Shown here: positions 26,065 to 36,261 of the stretch, in pieces | How positions within the stretch are numbered: position 1 is the stretch's first letter | Layout of the letters: every line of letters begins with the position of its first letter | Source: a virus | Strand: one strand, 5' to 3' | IMG/VR virus record: IMGVR_UViG_3300044675_006867 | DNA length: 63,785 nt | Notes under the pieces: model-generated | Databases searched by the model: none | What the model saw: the letters and a program-made list of their open reading frames with translations, nothing else | Told to the model about the DNA's origin: nothing | Position numbers and translations under genes: made by a program

Positions 26065-26142
26065 TTTTCAATCCTTGGTTGATGGTTTCATAGTTTTTAG
26101 CAAATCAAAGCTCAATCGTCAAATGTAAAAACTAAAAAAAGT

Positions 26143-26415
26143 ATCTTATGCAACAAAAAGCTTTTATTTTACAAATACTTACATTACTTTTTTATGCACT
26201 GCATAAGATCGCATACAAGATTCACAGCTCCTATGTATATTTATACACATGAACAAATATTTTCTATCATCACCAACAATTCAAAATGCTTTGTACTTTT
26301 TAATAAGTATCTTATGCAAAACTTGTAAGTGTATGAAATACAATAGAAAAAAGTGCATAAGATAGGTGCATAAGATACAAAAAAACATCTTATTTTATCT
26401 TATTCATCCTATGCA
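26143..26415. repeat. Iteron-dense non-coding element, copy 2 (diverged paralog of 900-1203, same orientation)
   Basis: TGCATAAGAT at 26200, 26354 and 26367. ATCTTATGCA at 26143 and 26309. Variants at 26397 and 26406. The block GT(A/G)TATGAAATA(T/C)AATAGAAAAAAGTGCATAAGAT(G/A)GG(G)TGCATAAGAT is shared with 1117-1165. Confidence 0.85.
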
Positions 26416-26418
26416 AAT

Positions 26419-27273
26419 TTAGGGCAAATTAGGAAAAATCCCTGTTTTTGCATAGATTGATATTGGTTCATAGGAAACCATATTTTCCCAATCAATAGAA
26501 TAGACCTTATATTGAATACCTGCCGCCAAAGTATTTTTTAGTATCTGAGCATACAAATCACTTAGATCATTCCCACTTAGATAAATGGGAAATGGGCCTG
26601 TTTCTTGATTACCAAAGCTTGGTTCTCCTGGATATGCACTATCCCAAAGAGTCATCACATGCCCGCCAAAGGGTTCGTTTGTGTCTCTCTCTTCATTATT
26701 TTCCTTTAAATAGGTGGCTGGGGTAAGTGCTAATGTGGAATCAATGAAAATTGTAAGGCTTCCTATGCCCTCAAAGATCAAAAAAGGTACAAATTCGATT
26801 GTACAATTTACACTTGATGCACTTGACCACGCTTTAAAATAGCTTGTTGTATGCGTGGTATTTAGCCTTAGCCTTTTCACAAGTAGCGGTGGTACTCCTG
26901 TTTCGGAATAGGCATCTACATAATACCATCCATCTAAATCAGGATTAGAGGCACATGTGATTCTCACTAGCTTATTACAAAGCCCCTTGCTTGCCCCTGT
27001 AGGGATTGTAAATTGTCCAGTGCTGGATATATTAACCTCGTGTGTTTCTTGAAGAGTCCAAGGCTTAAACATCCAATAAAGCATATTGAAAATCTGTGAA
27101 TAAGTCCCTTGTGATCGATATACGATTGATCGCATAACCTCAGCCCAATATGCTGGAGGAAAAGAAACAGGGCGGTCTAAGCCCCAAATATGGGCTAAGA
27201 TATCTAAATCCTTGCCCTGTGCCTTTGTAAAAATTGTAGCGCGTCTAGCCTGTTCAATCTGTGAAAGAAGCAT
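26419..27273 (-). CDS. Baseplate/tail-fibre-region structural protein, function unknown
   Basis: Last gene of the late operon. The ATG at 27273 has GAGG upstream. Confidence 0.65.
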   Translation of the reverse strand: MLLSQIEQARRATIFTKAQGKDLDILAHIWGLDRPVSFPPAYWAEVMRSIVYRSQGTYSQIFNMLYWMFKPWTLQETHEVNISSTGQFTIPTGASKGLCNKLVRITCASNPDLDGWYYVDAYSETGVPPLLVKRLRLNTTHTTSYFKAWSSASSVNCTIEFVPFLIFEGIGSLTIFIDSTLALTPATYLKENNEERDTNEPFGGHVMTLWDSAYPGEPSFGNQETGPFPIYLSGNDLSDLYAQILKNTLAAGIQYKVYSIDWENMVSYEPISIYAKTGIFPNLP

Positions 27274-28015
27274 AAAGCACCTCACTTCCCTTTGCATGCT
27301 GGATAAAAGGCTTATAGGCTTGTATTGTAATTGTATTGCCTACATAGCTTACAATTCGACATTTATCCCCATTAATGAAAAGATACTCTCTACCTTCAAT
27401 ACCAAAGGTGCTTTCAACATTGATTGTATTTGTCAGCTGAGAATCTAAACCAGCATTGAGATATATAGCATCAGTTAGAACGGTTTTGCTAGCTCCCTTT
27501 AAACGGTTCAGCTCATCCCCCATAATGCTTGTCACTATTTCTAAAACGCTTTGTTTACTTGTATCTCTAAGCGTAGTGCTACTTGAAGCGATAATTTCAT
27601 CCTTGCTTAGTTCTCTTTCACCAGCGTTGAAACGAGGTGGCAAATTAGAGCGTAGATCATATGCTTCTTGCTTTCTCAAAGCCCTTTGAACAGTGATACA
27701 ATTGAAGATTTCAAAGTCGCTAGAATCAGGATTAGTAACAGGCCCAAATTCTACAACAAGATCATAAGAACCAGGGGCAATAATGGGGCTGGAAAACATG
27801 ATAAACACATTCCCACGATTCCTTGAATAAATGCCTTGTCCCTCAACAGCAGCATACAAATATTGGCTATATGTACTAGTACCATTCTTTCTTAAACGCG
27901 CTGAGTAAACATAATCGCTAGGATTAGAGGCTAATAAGTCCCCTGTGACTAGGATAATATTTCCTCCTGTATCCTCTAGAAGCTGAGTACTTGATATGAT
28001 AGATAGACTAGGCAT
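27254..28015 (-). CDS. Baseplate-region structural protein, function unknown
   Basis: The ATG at 28015 overlaps the upstream stop by 8 nt. The track start at 28039 is TTG. Confidence 0.65.
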   Translation of the reverse strand: MPSLSIISSTQLLEDTGGNIILVTGDLLASNPSDYVYSARLRKNGTSTYSQYLYAAVEGQGIYSRNRGNVFIMFSSPIIAPGSYDLVVEFGPVTNPDSSDFEIFNCITVQRALRKQEAYDLRSNLPPRFNAGERELSKDEIIASSSTTLRDTSKQSVLEIVTSIMGDELNRLKGASKTVLTDAIYLNAGLDSQLTNTINVESTFGIEGREYLFINGDKCRIVSYVGNTITIQAYKPFIQHAKGSEVLYASFTD

Positions 28016-29414
28016 TTGCAGGGGCTCCAAAGAATGCAATATCTAAGATAATATCCCCCGTATTTGCCAAATTATTAAAATCAGCTGAGTTATCTCTTGC
28101 ATCAAAATTTGTTTCATTGGCTAAATGGTGGGGGATTACTTCAAATTTGATTGCGTTATTACCTACAGAAGCATCGTACCATGCGCTATCGTCTATTGTT
28201 GTACTATATTGTGTAGGTTCGACGGTAACACGCTTATGATTCTTTGTATTTGCTCCCGTAGATGAAGGGTTGCTTTGCATTTGAATATTGACATGATTTA
28301 TGTACCATTGTTCATTCTTTTGAGCTGTTGTAAACACAAGCTTAAAGATACCAGGGAATGCGGGGTCTACAGAAATACTATTGAAGGAACCTGTAATAAT
28401 TGTCCATATATTGCTGTTATATGTCGGATTTCCCTTGACTCTGCACCATGCAAACGGAATCAAGCCCCTTGTAAAAAAGATATTGTTAAAGCGGGTAATA
28501 CTTGAGGAGTTTGTATTTGCTTGTACCTGTAAATCGCCAATATCCGAATCATGATTTGTTAAATACTTATAGGCACCATTCAAGGAAAGCTGAGGAGTAC
28601 TAAACCAGGGGGTTGTTTTTGTTGTTCCGCTTGGATCATTAGTGCCTTCATATTTATGAAGTCTAAGAGCCTTGCCTAAAAGGTGGAGCACCTGCAAAAG
28701 CCCAAAGCCCTGATCGTAGGTATTACTTGAATTTGAGGGACTATATGTAAACAATGCACCACTAAAGGCGGTACTCTCAGTATTTAAGCTACTATAAAAT
28801 GTACCGCTTTCACTATTCACGGCTTGTAGGCTAGGATTATCAAAGGCACTAATAAAATCCATAGTAATTGTAGTGCCTGTAATTGCTGTCACCTTGGCAA
28901 TATTTGAGTATTGATAAACATCTCCAGCCTGTGTAGGATCAGTGGCACTAAAGGCAAACTCAACGCGCATACTTGAGCGTACATTGTCGCTAAAGGTAAT
29001 CTCTGAGCCTGTGTTCAAATCCCATTTTCGTCTATTCTCAGTATCAGTATCTACCATTAAGGGACGAGCCCAAAGAAACATAGAGCTTGTAACGCTGGTT
29101 AAATTAATGGGGTAGTTTCCATGATCTGTTAATGCACTATTGAAATGAACGATTTCGCTTGTTTGCAGGGTCTTGACTCCCACGGAGCCTGCATCTGTCC
29201 CTTCTGCTTTAGTACAAACAAAGCTAAAATCACTTAAAGACAAGGTGTCTGGTGAACCATTGTTAAAGGTATAGACGGGACGACTTAGAAGCCCTCTCAT
29301 GCCACCGAGTAAATTTCCTAATGATCTTTGAGTATATTGATAAACAAGCTCTTGTAGTGCTTGGATATCTCCTAAATCAAGGCGTTCTTGTGGGTATAGC
29401 TTAACCTTATCCAT
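28008..29414 (-). CDS. Baseplate-region structural protein, function unknown
   Basis: 468 aa with AAGGAG before the ATG, directly downstream of the baseplate J-like gene. Confidence 0.7.
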   Translation of the reverse strand: MDKVKLYPQERLDLGDIQALQELVYQYTQRSLGNLLGGMRGLLSRPVYTFNNGSPDTLSLSDFSFVCTKAEGTDAGSVGVKTLQTSEIVHFNSALTDHGNYPINLTSVTSSMFLWARPLMVDTDTENRRKWDLNTGSEITFSDNVRSSMRVEFAFSATDPTQAGDVYQYSNIAKVTAITGTTITMDFISAFDNPSLQAVNSESGTFYSSLNTESTAFSGALFTYSPSNSSNTYDQGFGLLQVLHLLGKALRLHKYEGTNDPSGTTKTTPWFSTPQLSLNGAYKYLTNHDSDIGDLQVQANTNSSSITRFNNIFFTRGLIPFAWCRVKGNPTYNSNIWTIITGSFNSISVDPAFPGIFKLVFTTAQKNEQWYINHVNIQMQSNPSSTGANTKNHKRVTVEPTQYSTTIDDSAWYDASVGNNAIKFEVIPHHLANETNFDARDNSADFNNLANTGDIILDIAFFGAPANA

Positions 29415-29417
29415 TTA

Positions 29418-30797
29418 TTATCTCCTTACTGAAACATAGATATTGATTGTTTGTGCCTTTAAAATGTGTCTATCGGTAACGGGGTAAATATCAGGACTTA
29501 GATTATTTGTCCCCGCTGATAAAATCTTAACATTTTCCAGCCTTGAATCAGTCATCAAGGCGTCAATGTATTGCGCGATAAACAGGGGTTGCCCTGCATC
29601 TAAGCTATTGATAAAGCTGGTTGCCAATGTGCTTAAATCGCTTTGTAATTGAACAAGATCAGTTCCCGTATATGCTGTAATTTGAAGGTCTACAGATACA
29701 TTGGTGATAGGGGCTGGAAGTACTCTAATTCGTGTCCCTGCTGCTCTATATCCTGGATAATTTAAAGGGTCTTTTACATCGCCCTCAATTTGATCTTGTA
29801 GCTCTGATATTAAGCCCTCATAGATACTATAGGTATTTGTGGTTACAACATCCCCATCGGTCAAATCTGTTCTATCGGTAAATAAGATAATACCGCGTTC
29901 ATGTAAAACCGTATATTTAGTGCTAGGAATCACAAAAGAGCCCCTAGCTCTTGTTAAAACAAGAATAGAAGCCTCGGTAATGGGCTTTGATATGGGCATA
30001 ATCAAGGGATTCTGAAGCCCTGTTACAGTGAAGCTTGTACTTGTGCTTGTTGTGCTAACGGTATTATATAGCCCGCTACCATCATCAATCAAAAGCTCAG
30101 AATAACCAGGGGTAAGCCCTTCATATATATGTGCATTGGTTGCCCTTGTTCCGTCTGATGCTGAGAAGCTTCTAGCAAATGCCTCAATTGAGCTAGGCTG
30201 ACACTTAGCCAAGGATTTTAAATATAGTCTACATCTATTCAAAAATGTTGCATCCTGTTCTAAATCCTGTCCATTGGTAAACGCTAGCCCATTTGCTACC
30301 GCTATGACTCCATCAGGCACATTAACAAGCGTTGCTATTGCATTTTTTGCCACATTTCCAAGGCTACCTGAAACGCCACATTGAACAGAGGCGTTAACGG
30401 TGGCTTGTCCATTGGTAAAGGTTGCATCCTGACTTGTATAAAATAAGGGCTTTGTTAATAGTGTGCTTTGAACGATTGATCCCTTGGGTATGGTTAAGCT
30501 TCCAGTAGTACTTGATCTTGTAAAGGTAACGGTGCCCGTAGACTTTGAGGGCTGTAATCTTGTTAATCCTATCTCTCCTGCTCGTTCGTCTAAATCAGTG
30601 CCCGTTGCATTATTGATATCAAATTGACTTCTTACTTTGTTGATTCTGTAATCGGTATCAGCTAATTGCTCAGCCATAGAAGCAAATAGATCATATAATA
30701 CTGAGCCCTCTGTTATGTCCGTTACGGTGCTTCTTGCAACCATTCGTGCAAGCATGCTTCTTAATATTTCCTCAGTGCTTCTTTGTACATAAGCCAT
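29418..30797 (-). CDS. Baseplate J-like protein
   Basis: The N-terminus (ILRSMLARM...ITEGSVLYDLFASMAEQLADTDYRINKV...NATGTDLDERAGEIGLTR..PSKSTGTVTF) follows the Baseplate_J/gpJ pattern. Confidence 0.7.
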   Translation of the reverse strand: MAYVQRSTEEILRSMLARMVARSTVTDITEGSVLYDLFASMAEQLADTDYRINKVRSQFDINNATGTDLDERAGEIGLTRLQPSKSTGTVTFTRSSTTGSLTIPKGSIVQSTLLTKPLFYTSQDATFTNGQATVNASVQCGVSGSLGNVAKNAIATLVNVPDGVIAVANGLAFTNGQDLEQDATFLNRCRLYLKSLAKCQPSSIEAFARSFSASDGTRATNAHIYEGLTPGYSELLIDDGSGLYNTVSTTSTSTSFTVTGLQNPLIMPISKPITEASILVLTRARGSFVIPSTKYTVLHERGIILFTDRTDLTDGDVVTTNTYSIYEGLISELQDQIEGDVKDPLNYPGYRAAGTRIRVLPAPITNVSVDLQITAYTGTDLVQLQSDLSTLATSFINSLDAGQPLFIAQYIDALMTDSRLENVKILSAGTNNLSPDIYPVTDRHILKAQTINIYVSVRR

Positions 30798-30798
30798 C

Positions 30799-32370
30799 TT
30801 AAATCTCCTGTCTTACTGGTATAATTAATGGAATTGTCACGCCACTTATACCAATCAAGGTACAAGTAACCGCGATACTATCTCCTTCTATCAAAAGAGA
30901 TACTTGCTTTATTGAACTAATCCTAGGATCAAGTAAAAGCTGTTCTCTGATACTACTTACTAGTATTGCATTTGCTCTATTGTCTAGTGCATCGCCAATT
31001 AGTGCTGGTAGTCCGTATGTTGGTACTAGCTTAAAGGTTCCTTGCTCAGTAAGAACACGATTGATTATAGCCTGCTTCAAATTTGATTCGTCGGTAATTA
31101 ATCGTAAATCATTATCATCAAGTATCAAGTCCCCATCAGCGGATAGCGCCAAATCTGTATAAAAAATGCTATCCCCTCTTTTTGGATATAGTGCATCTCT
31201 ATCTTCAATTAAGCTAGGAATAAACAAGGTATCCCCCGCCAAAATAGGGGCTCCGTCTCCGTGTGTTCTCTCATCTAAGAAACCATTGAAATCAATCAAA
31301 ATAGATACTAGGTTCTTATCACCATATACACGCCCTGCAATATCTCTTAGGCTTTCCCCAGCCCTTAGCAAATATGGAATAGATGCTTGTCTCTTTGCTA
31401 GCTCAATTAAATCATCTGTATTTGTATTCTGTTCACCAATAAGCCCGCGTGAACCAATGCTAAGCTCTATTACTGTTCTCTCAACAAGCTCTACCTGTGA
31501 ATAAAGCTCACGAACCGCCGTTTTTGCGGGATTCAAAGCATATTCATCAAAGACTTCATAGGGATATGTTGCTTGTAGGTTCCCAAGCGCACGGCGTGCA
31601 TTCCCTGCAATATTATAAACACTAGAAAGCACGGCGGAGGGTATCCCATAGATTGAATTAGCCACGGTTTTAGTGATATCTGATAGAAGCTTTGTTGATC
31701 GTTCTAATGCTCTTAAGGGCTCTAAAGCTACATTTCTTATCTCAGCATCTAAATTGGCTGCAGCATTTGACAAAATAGCAATGCTTGCATTTATGGTATC
31801 AATTCCATCTGTCAGCTGATTGATAAATTGATCAATAGGGAAAAAGATAGATACAAGCTTTGATTCGCTAGGCTCTGCATAGGCATGAAGAGATAAAGCC
31901 CATTGATATGAAAATCTATTAGAATCAGCATCCTTTTGAAAGTCCCATTTCTCAACAGATACTTTGTATGCAAAGCCCTCTTTGAGGCTTCTAAAAACAA
32001 GATAGGATTTATTGCTTGCCTTCTTTTGCCACTCATTCAACCAGTGATCAAATTCCTCTAAAATAACTAAGCCACTTTGATAAATTAGATCACCGTCTCT
32101 ATTGTATCCAGTTCTTGGCGCATAGCCACTTTGTCCCCGTAGCTCTATATGAGTACTTCTATATGGGCTATTTTCCTTAACATATCCATTGATCGTATAT
32201 GTTAAAACTGAGGCTGTTGGCCTTGATTGCATATAAAAGCTAGGAGTATTAGGCAAGGTGACAAAATCCCCGTCATCCGTCTCTAAAATGTAGTCAATAG
32301 GTACCTTGAACAAGGAACCTAAACGCCCCTTTTTAGGTACACTTATCCCCGCTGGTTTTCTTGTAGGCAT
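30799..32370 (-). CDS. Baseplate protein with a LysM-like segment and a gp25/GPW-like C-terminal domain
   Basis: LRAGESLRDIAGRVYGD...LAGDTLFIPS is LysM-like. LKQAIINRVLTEQGTFKLVPTYG resembles the gp25/W motif (i...L.T..Ge....p.yG). Confidence 0.6.
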   Translation of the reverse strand: MPTRKPAGISVPKKGRLGSLFKVPIDYILETDDGDFVTLPNTPSFYMQSRPTASVLTYTINGYVKENSPYRSTHIELRGQSGYAPRTGYNRDGDLIYQSGLVILEEFDHWLNEWQKKASNKSYLVFRSLKEGFAYKVSVEKWDFQKDADSNRFSYQWALSLHAYAEPSESKLVSIFFPIDQFINQLTDGIDTINASIAILSNAAANLDAEIRNVALEPLRALERSTKLLSDITKTVANSIYGIPSAVLSSVYNIAGNARRALGNLQATYPYEVFDEYALNPAKTAVRELYSQVELVERTVIELSIGSRGLIGEQNTNTDDLIELAKRQASIPYLLRAGESLRDIAGRVYGDKNLVSILIDFNGFLDERTHGDGAPILAGDTLFIPSLIEDRDALYPKRGDSIFYTDLALSADGDLILDDNDLRLITDESNLKQAIINRVLTEQGTFKLVPTYGLPALIGDALDNRANAILVSSIREQLLLDPRISSIKQVSLLIEGDSIAVTCTLIGISGVTIPLIIPVRQEI

Positions 32371-32372
32371 CT

Positions 32373-33062
32373 TTAATTCTCACTTGGTATTGTTAAGCTA
32401 GATGATACCATATTTGAGCTTGGATTATTGAAGCTTATCAAATCTAAGGCTACTTTTTGCGCTCTAAATACCTGTTGCATTTGAGTAATTGGATATGTAT
32501 TAGCAAGCGTCTCTAATGTAATGCCTAATATTGCTTTTAATGTGGTTAATTGTGTTGCTTGTGTAGTCAGGAAGCCCATAGATGCATTTGCTACAAGCAC
32601 CGAATCATTAGATACTCCGTTTCTTGATATTTGTACGCGTGCTTCACTTGATAGCTGTAGCTTAATATTTTTACCTGTTGCCTTTGTACTAAGCACTAAC
32701 CCCGCTTGTTTAGATAAAACAAAGGTATTATTTTCATTATTTACAATAATATCCTGCAAGCTTGGTTCATAGTCTCCGCTCTCATAGTCTTTTTGTACTG
32801 ATACATTACCAAGCTTGGCAATACCAAAGCTCACAAAAGCATCCCTGTTTGGATCATCTGGATACAATAGAAAATTCTCACTATCAATACTAGGTGGTGC
32901 ATATACAAAGCGCTTATTTCCACCGAGCACGACTAAAGGGGCTTGCTTATGATATGCCCCATCTGCTGAGTAAACAGAAGCTACCGCTTTATCATTTACC
33001 TTGTCAATTTGCTTGTTAAGAATCCCAGTAACTAAACCAGGCTTTGATAATCTAAGGCGCAT
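32373..33062 (-). CDS. Baseplate/spike-region protein, function unknown
   Basis: 229 aa. The start overlaps the upstream stop by 11 nt. Confidence 0.65.
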   Translation of the reverse strand: MRLRLSKPGLVTGILNKQIDKVNDKAVASVYSADGAYHKQAPLVVLGGNKRFVYAPPSIDSENFLLYPDDPNRDAFVSFGIAKLGNVSVQKDYESGDYEPSLQDIIVNNENNTFVLSKQAGLVLSTKATGKNIKLQLSSEARVQISRNGVSNDSVLVANASMGFLTTQATQLTTLKAILGITLETLANTYPITQMQQVFRAQKVALDLISFNNPSSNMVSSSLTIPSEN

Positions 33063-34650
33063 ATATATAAGCCCTTTCTAGTGTTATTTGTGTCATTCTT
33101 TGTATTTGTCCATTTGTTAGTGCTCTGTGTGTATGTGCTACCGCTACACAATAGCCCCTTAAATACCATTGTGTACCATTGTAATTATATATTGCACAAT
33201 TCACATATTCCCCATGCCTCACGGTTGGCGTAAAATAGCAATTTACGGAAGCATTGGCAAATTTTTGACCGTCCTTATAAAGTGCTGAGTAATACTTTGA
33301 CAGCTCGAAAGCATACTCCTTCATAGTCCCATCATTATCACTTCCAAAAAATGGATATGTTGCTTCATAGCCTATTGCCCCAAATCTATCTAGTGCGCGG
33401 GCATCATATACAAAATCAGTAAGCACCCCCAAAATTTGCATAACGCCGGTAGCCTTGGTTGTGATATCGACTAAATTTAAGCGTTTATCAGCACTGAATG
33501 CCAAGCTAAAGCTTGTTACTGTGGTAACCTCAATCGCATCAATAGTGATTGCCTTGATCACATTGAAATTAGTATCTATTTCTACGCTTGTATATTCTAT
33601 ATTGCTTTTTGCATTGTATTCTAAGCCCTTTTCTAAGCTGGTTGCCTCATTGCTTGTTACTTCAATTGCTTGTGTTTCTACTGGGCTTTTATCTGAGCCT
33701 ACAAGAGTTCCTTTGATGCTTCTTTTACGATTATCAATCGGTCTATAACGATATATGAGGCATGGAGAAACCTGCTCATTTTGTATATTGCTTGCTTTAA
33801 AAAGGCTTTCAATAACAAAGGGGCTTTGATCACTTGTTTTTGCAAGTGTCTCATAGCTTGGGAAAAGCTCAATAAGCCCATCTAAACCAGCCACAAAGGA
33901 TTTAGTTAATAATGACCATAAGGAACCATTGATACTAGGTTGAATCACATTGAAATTAGTACCTATGATCTCAGCAAATGCCCTCTTAATATTGGCCTTG
34001 TCAAAATCGTTTTTTGTTGTGATAAGGGGCATTTGTGCAAGTGTCCCTTCCTTGATAATGCTTGGTGGTATTTCAAAGCTAGAAAACAATCGATACGCTG
34101 TTTTAAATGCTTCTTTCGGGTCTAAAAAATCTTGAAATATAGGTACCAGCGTTTCAAAGAAATCTGTTAATGGTCTAAGCCCTGTTTCAATAGGTGGATA
34201 TACACTAGCATTTTGTTGATTGATTGCATTAAGCTTAGCATCATCAACCACCTTAAAAGGAGCTTTCATTAGAATCGAAACCCATGATTGACAAGAAATT
34301 GTTGTTTCAACGCTTGTAAAAGCCCCATCCTGTGTAAGCTGTGCCCCTGTGTTGAGAGAATTGATGAGACCTAAGAATTTAAGTACTCTCCTTGGTTTAC
34401 CGCTAAACATACCACCTTTAATATCAGTATCCTCTATCAGCTCATGAATTGTAACCCAGTGATCAGCGCCAAAGAATAGGGGCTGAACCTCTGCAATAGG
34501 TATTTTGGCTTTAATGCTTGCTGTTTCATATGGTGCATTGATCGAATACGAATAAGTAATATCTGTGATATATCCACTGATTTCATTGTATTCCTCATAG
34601 CCATTTGGCACCGTGTCAGGGAATTTGTGAATATAAGCTAAGATTTGCAT
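33052..34650 (-). CDS. Tail/baseplate hub-region protein, function unknown
   Basis: 532 aa, immediately after the tape measure gene. Confidence 0.65.
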   Translation of the reverse strand: MQILAYIHKFPDTVPNGYEEYNEISGYITDITYSYSINAPYETASIKAKIPIAEVQPLFFGADHWVTIHELIEDTDIKGGMFSGKPRRVLKFLGLINSLNTGAQLTQDGAFTSVETTISCQSWVSILMKAPFKVVDDAKLNAINQQNASVYPPIETGLRPLTDFFETLVPIFQDFLDPKEAFKTAYRLFSSFEIPPSIIKEGTLAQMPLITTKNDFDKANIKRAFAEIIGTNFNVIQPSINGSLWSLLTKSFVAGLDGLIELFPSYETLAKTSDQSPFVIESLFKASNIQNEQVSPCLIYRYRPIDNRKRSIKGTLVGSDKSPVETQAIEVTSNEATSLEKGLEYNAKSNIEYTSVEIDTNFNVIKAITIDAIEVTTVTSFSLAFSADKRLNLVDITTKATGVMQILGVLTDFVYDARALDRFGAIGYEATYPFFGSDNDGTMKEYAFELSKYYSALYKDGQKFANASVNCYFTPTVRHGEYVNCAIYNYNGTQWYLRGYCVAVAHTHRALTNGQIQRMTQITLERAYIYAP

Positions 34651-36261
34651 TTAGAGAGTGTCCTTTATTGTATTGATCAAGGTTTTAATAGTATCTACAA
34701 TAGCCGTAATCCCCCCACTTTGTCCTAAGCCCTCTACAATAAGCTCAAGGCTTTTTTGAATTTCTAAGAGGGAATCGAGCTCCTTTGTTCCTTCCGCTGT
34801 TTTCAAATATGCCCTTGTCCTAGATATACGCGCTTCATCCAGCATAGCCGTTTTTCTACTTACCATCAGCCCACCCGCTAATTCATCCTCAATGCCCTGT
34901 GTGAAATCACCTGTATACTGTGCTTTTGATCTACCTAAAAGACCAAGTGCTTGCTCCTTGGATAGTCCAGCACCCATTAAAGCAAGGCTTCTAATGCTCT
35001 TAGGAAGCTTGGATAATGCCCCCATAGCAAGCTCAGGATTTACACGCATAGCTTCAAGGCTACTCATCAATTCAAGAGGGCTTTTGGCACCCTCTGAAGC
35101 CTTGGCAAGCATAGCCGTCTCAGCAAGCCCGCTAAAGCTACTTGCAAATTGTGAGCGTGCTGTGTCTGCAATACCTAAAAGGCTTGTTGTTGCCTGTACT
35201 CCTCTTGCACCCTCCAAGCCCCTTAAACCAAGGGCAAAATTTGCAAAGGACTCAGCATTTACCGTTAAACCCTTGCTTGCTATTCCTTGAATCCCTGCAC
35301 TAATTGCACCAAGTAGCCTTTCTATCTTAGCCCCTGCAAGCTTGTTGCCCTCCGCTGTTGATACTATTGCTTTTCCGAAGGTCTCCATTTGATCGGTGCT
35401 TTGTACAACACCAGTACCAAAGCCACCCAGAGCGCCAAAATTAGCAATTGCCATAGGATTGATGCCCAGCACCTCAGAAGCCCTTGTGGTTCTCATTGCC
35501 TCACTTGCACTAATGCCTATTTGCCCCCTAGCTCTAATATATTGATTGATTACATTGGCGGCTTCTTGGGGCTTATATCCATATGTCTCAGCCCCCGCTT
35601 GTAAAGCTTCTGGTTGGATTCCTAGCCGTGCCATTTGCATCATTGGCATTTCCATAGCTGCAACCTCTTGAAACCTAGAAAACATAGCAGACACGATAGA
35701 GGCTACCCCCTGTCCCACAACGGGGATTGCTGCACCTAATCCACTTACAATTGAGCCAAAAATAGGAGAATTTTTACTCAGCATTCCCCCAAGCCCTTGT
35801 GTTATGCCACCTAGTCCACTTGATACCGCTCCAATTGCCCCTGGTGCGCCTTCCGCTGTTATTAAGCCCGTTGTAGCACTCAAGCCCGCAAGCCCCATTG
35901 AAGTAATCCTAGATACCATTTGTGCTTTTTCGGCATTTTGCCTAAGCTTCCTTGCTTCCGCTTCCCTTGCTATTTGCTCTTGTTCCCTTTGTTGACCTCC
36001 CTGTATTCGATTTACTTGTTGAGCTGTTCTTATTTGCTCATTGTCCGCTTTTGCCTGGGCTTGGTATGTTCTTTGTCTTATAACCTCTGTTCTTGCTGCT
36101 TCCTGTTGCATTCGTAAAGCATGTCTCTCTTGCTTTTGTCTTTCTTGCTCATTTATTGGGGCTTGCCCAATTTGTCCTAATTGAGCCTGAAGCGTTTTTA
36201 AGGCATCTATTGCCCTTTGATCATCTAAATCAACCTGTAATGTTACCTTTTGAACCGCCAT
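34651..36261 (-). CDS. Tape measure protein
   Basis: 536 aa with a coiled-coil N-terminus and Gly/Ala-rich hydrophobic blocks. It sits downstream of the overlapping chaperone ORFs. Confidence 0.75.
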   Translation of the reverse strand: MAVQKVTLQVDLDDQRAIDALKTLQAQLGQIGQAPINEQERQKQERHALRMQQEAARTEVIRQRTYQAQAKADNEQIRTAQQVNRIQGGQQREQEQIAREAEARKLRQNAEKAQMVSRITSMGLAGLSATTGLITAEGAPGAIGAVSSGLGGITQGLGGMLSKNSPIFGSIVSGLGAAIPVVGQGVASIVSAMFSRFQEVAAMEMPMMQMARLGIQPEALQAGAETYGYKPQEAANVINQYIRARGQIGISASEAMRTTRASEVLGINPMAIANFGALGGFGTGVVQSTDQMETFGKAIVSTAEGNKLAGAKIERLLGAISAGIQGIASKGLTVNAESFANFALGLRGLEGARGVQATTSLLGIADTARSQFASSFSGLAETAMLAKASEGAKSPLELMSSLEAMRVNPELAMGALSKLPKSIRSLALMGAGLSKEQALGLLGRSKAQYTGDFTQGIEDELAGGLMVSRKTAMLDEARISRTRAYLKTAEGTKELDSLLEIQKSLELIVEGLGQSGGITAIVDTIKTLINTIKDTL

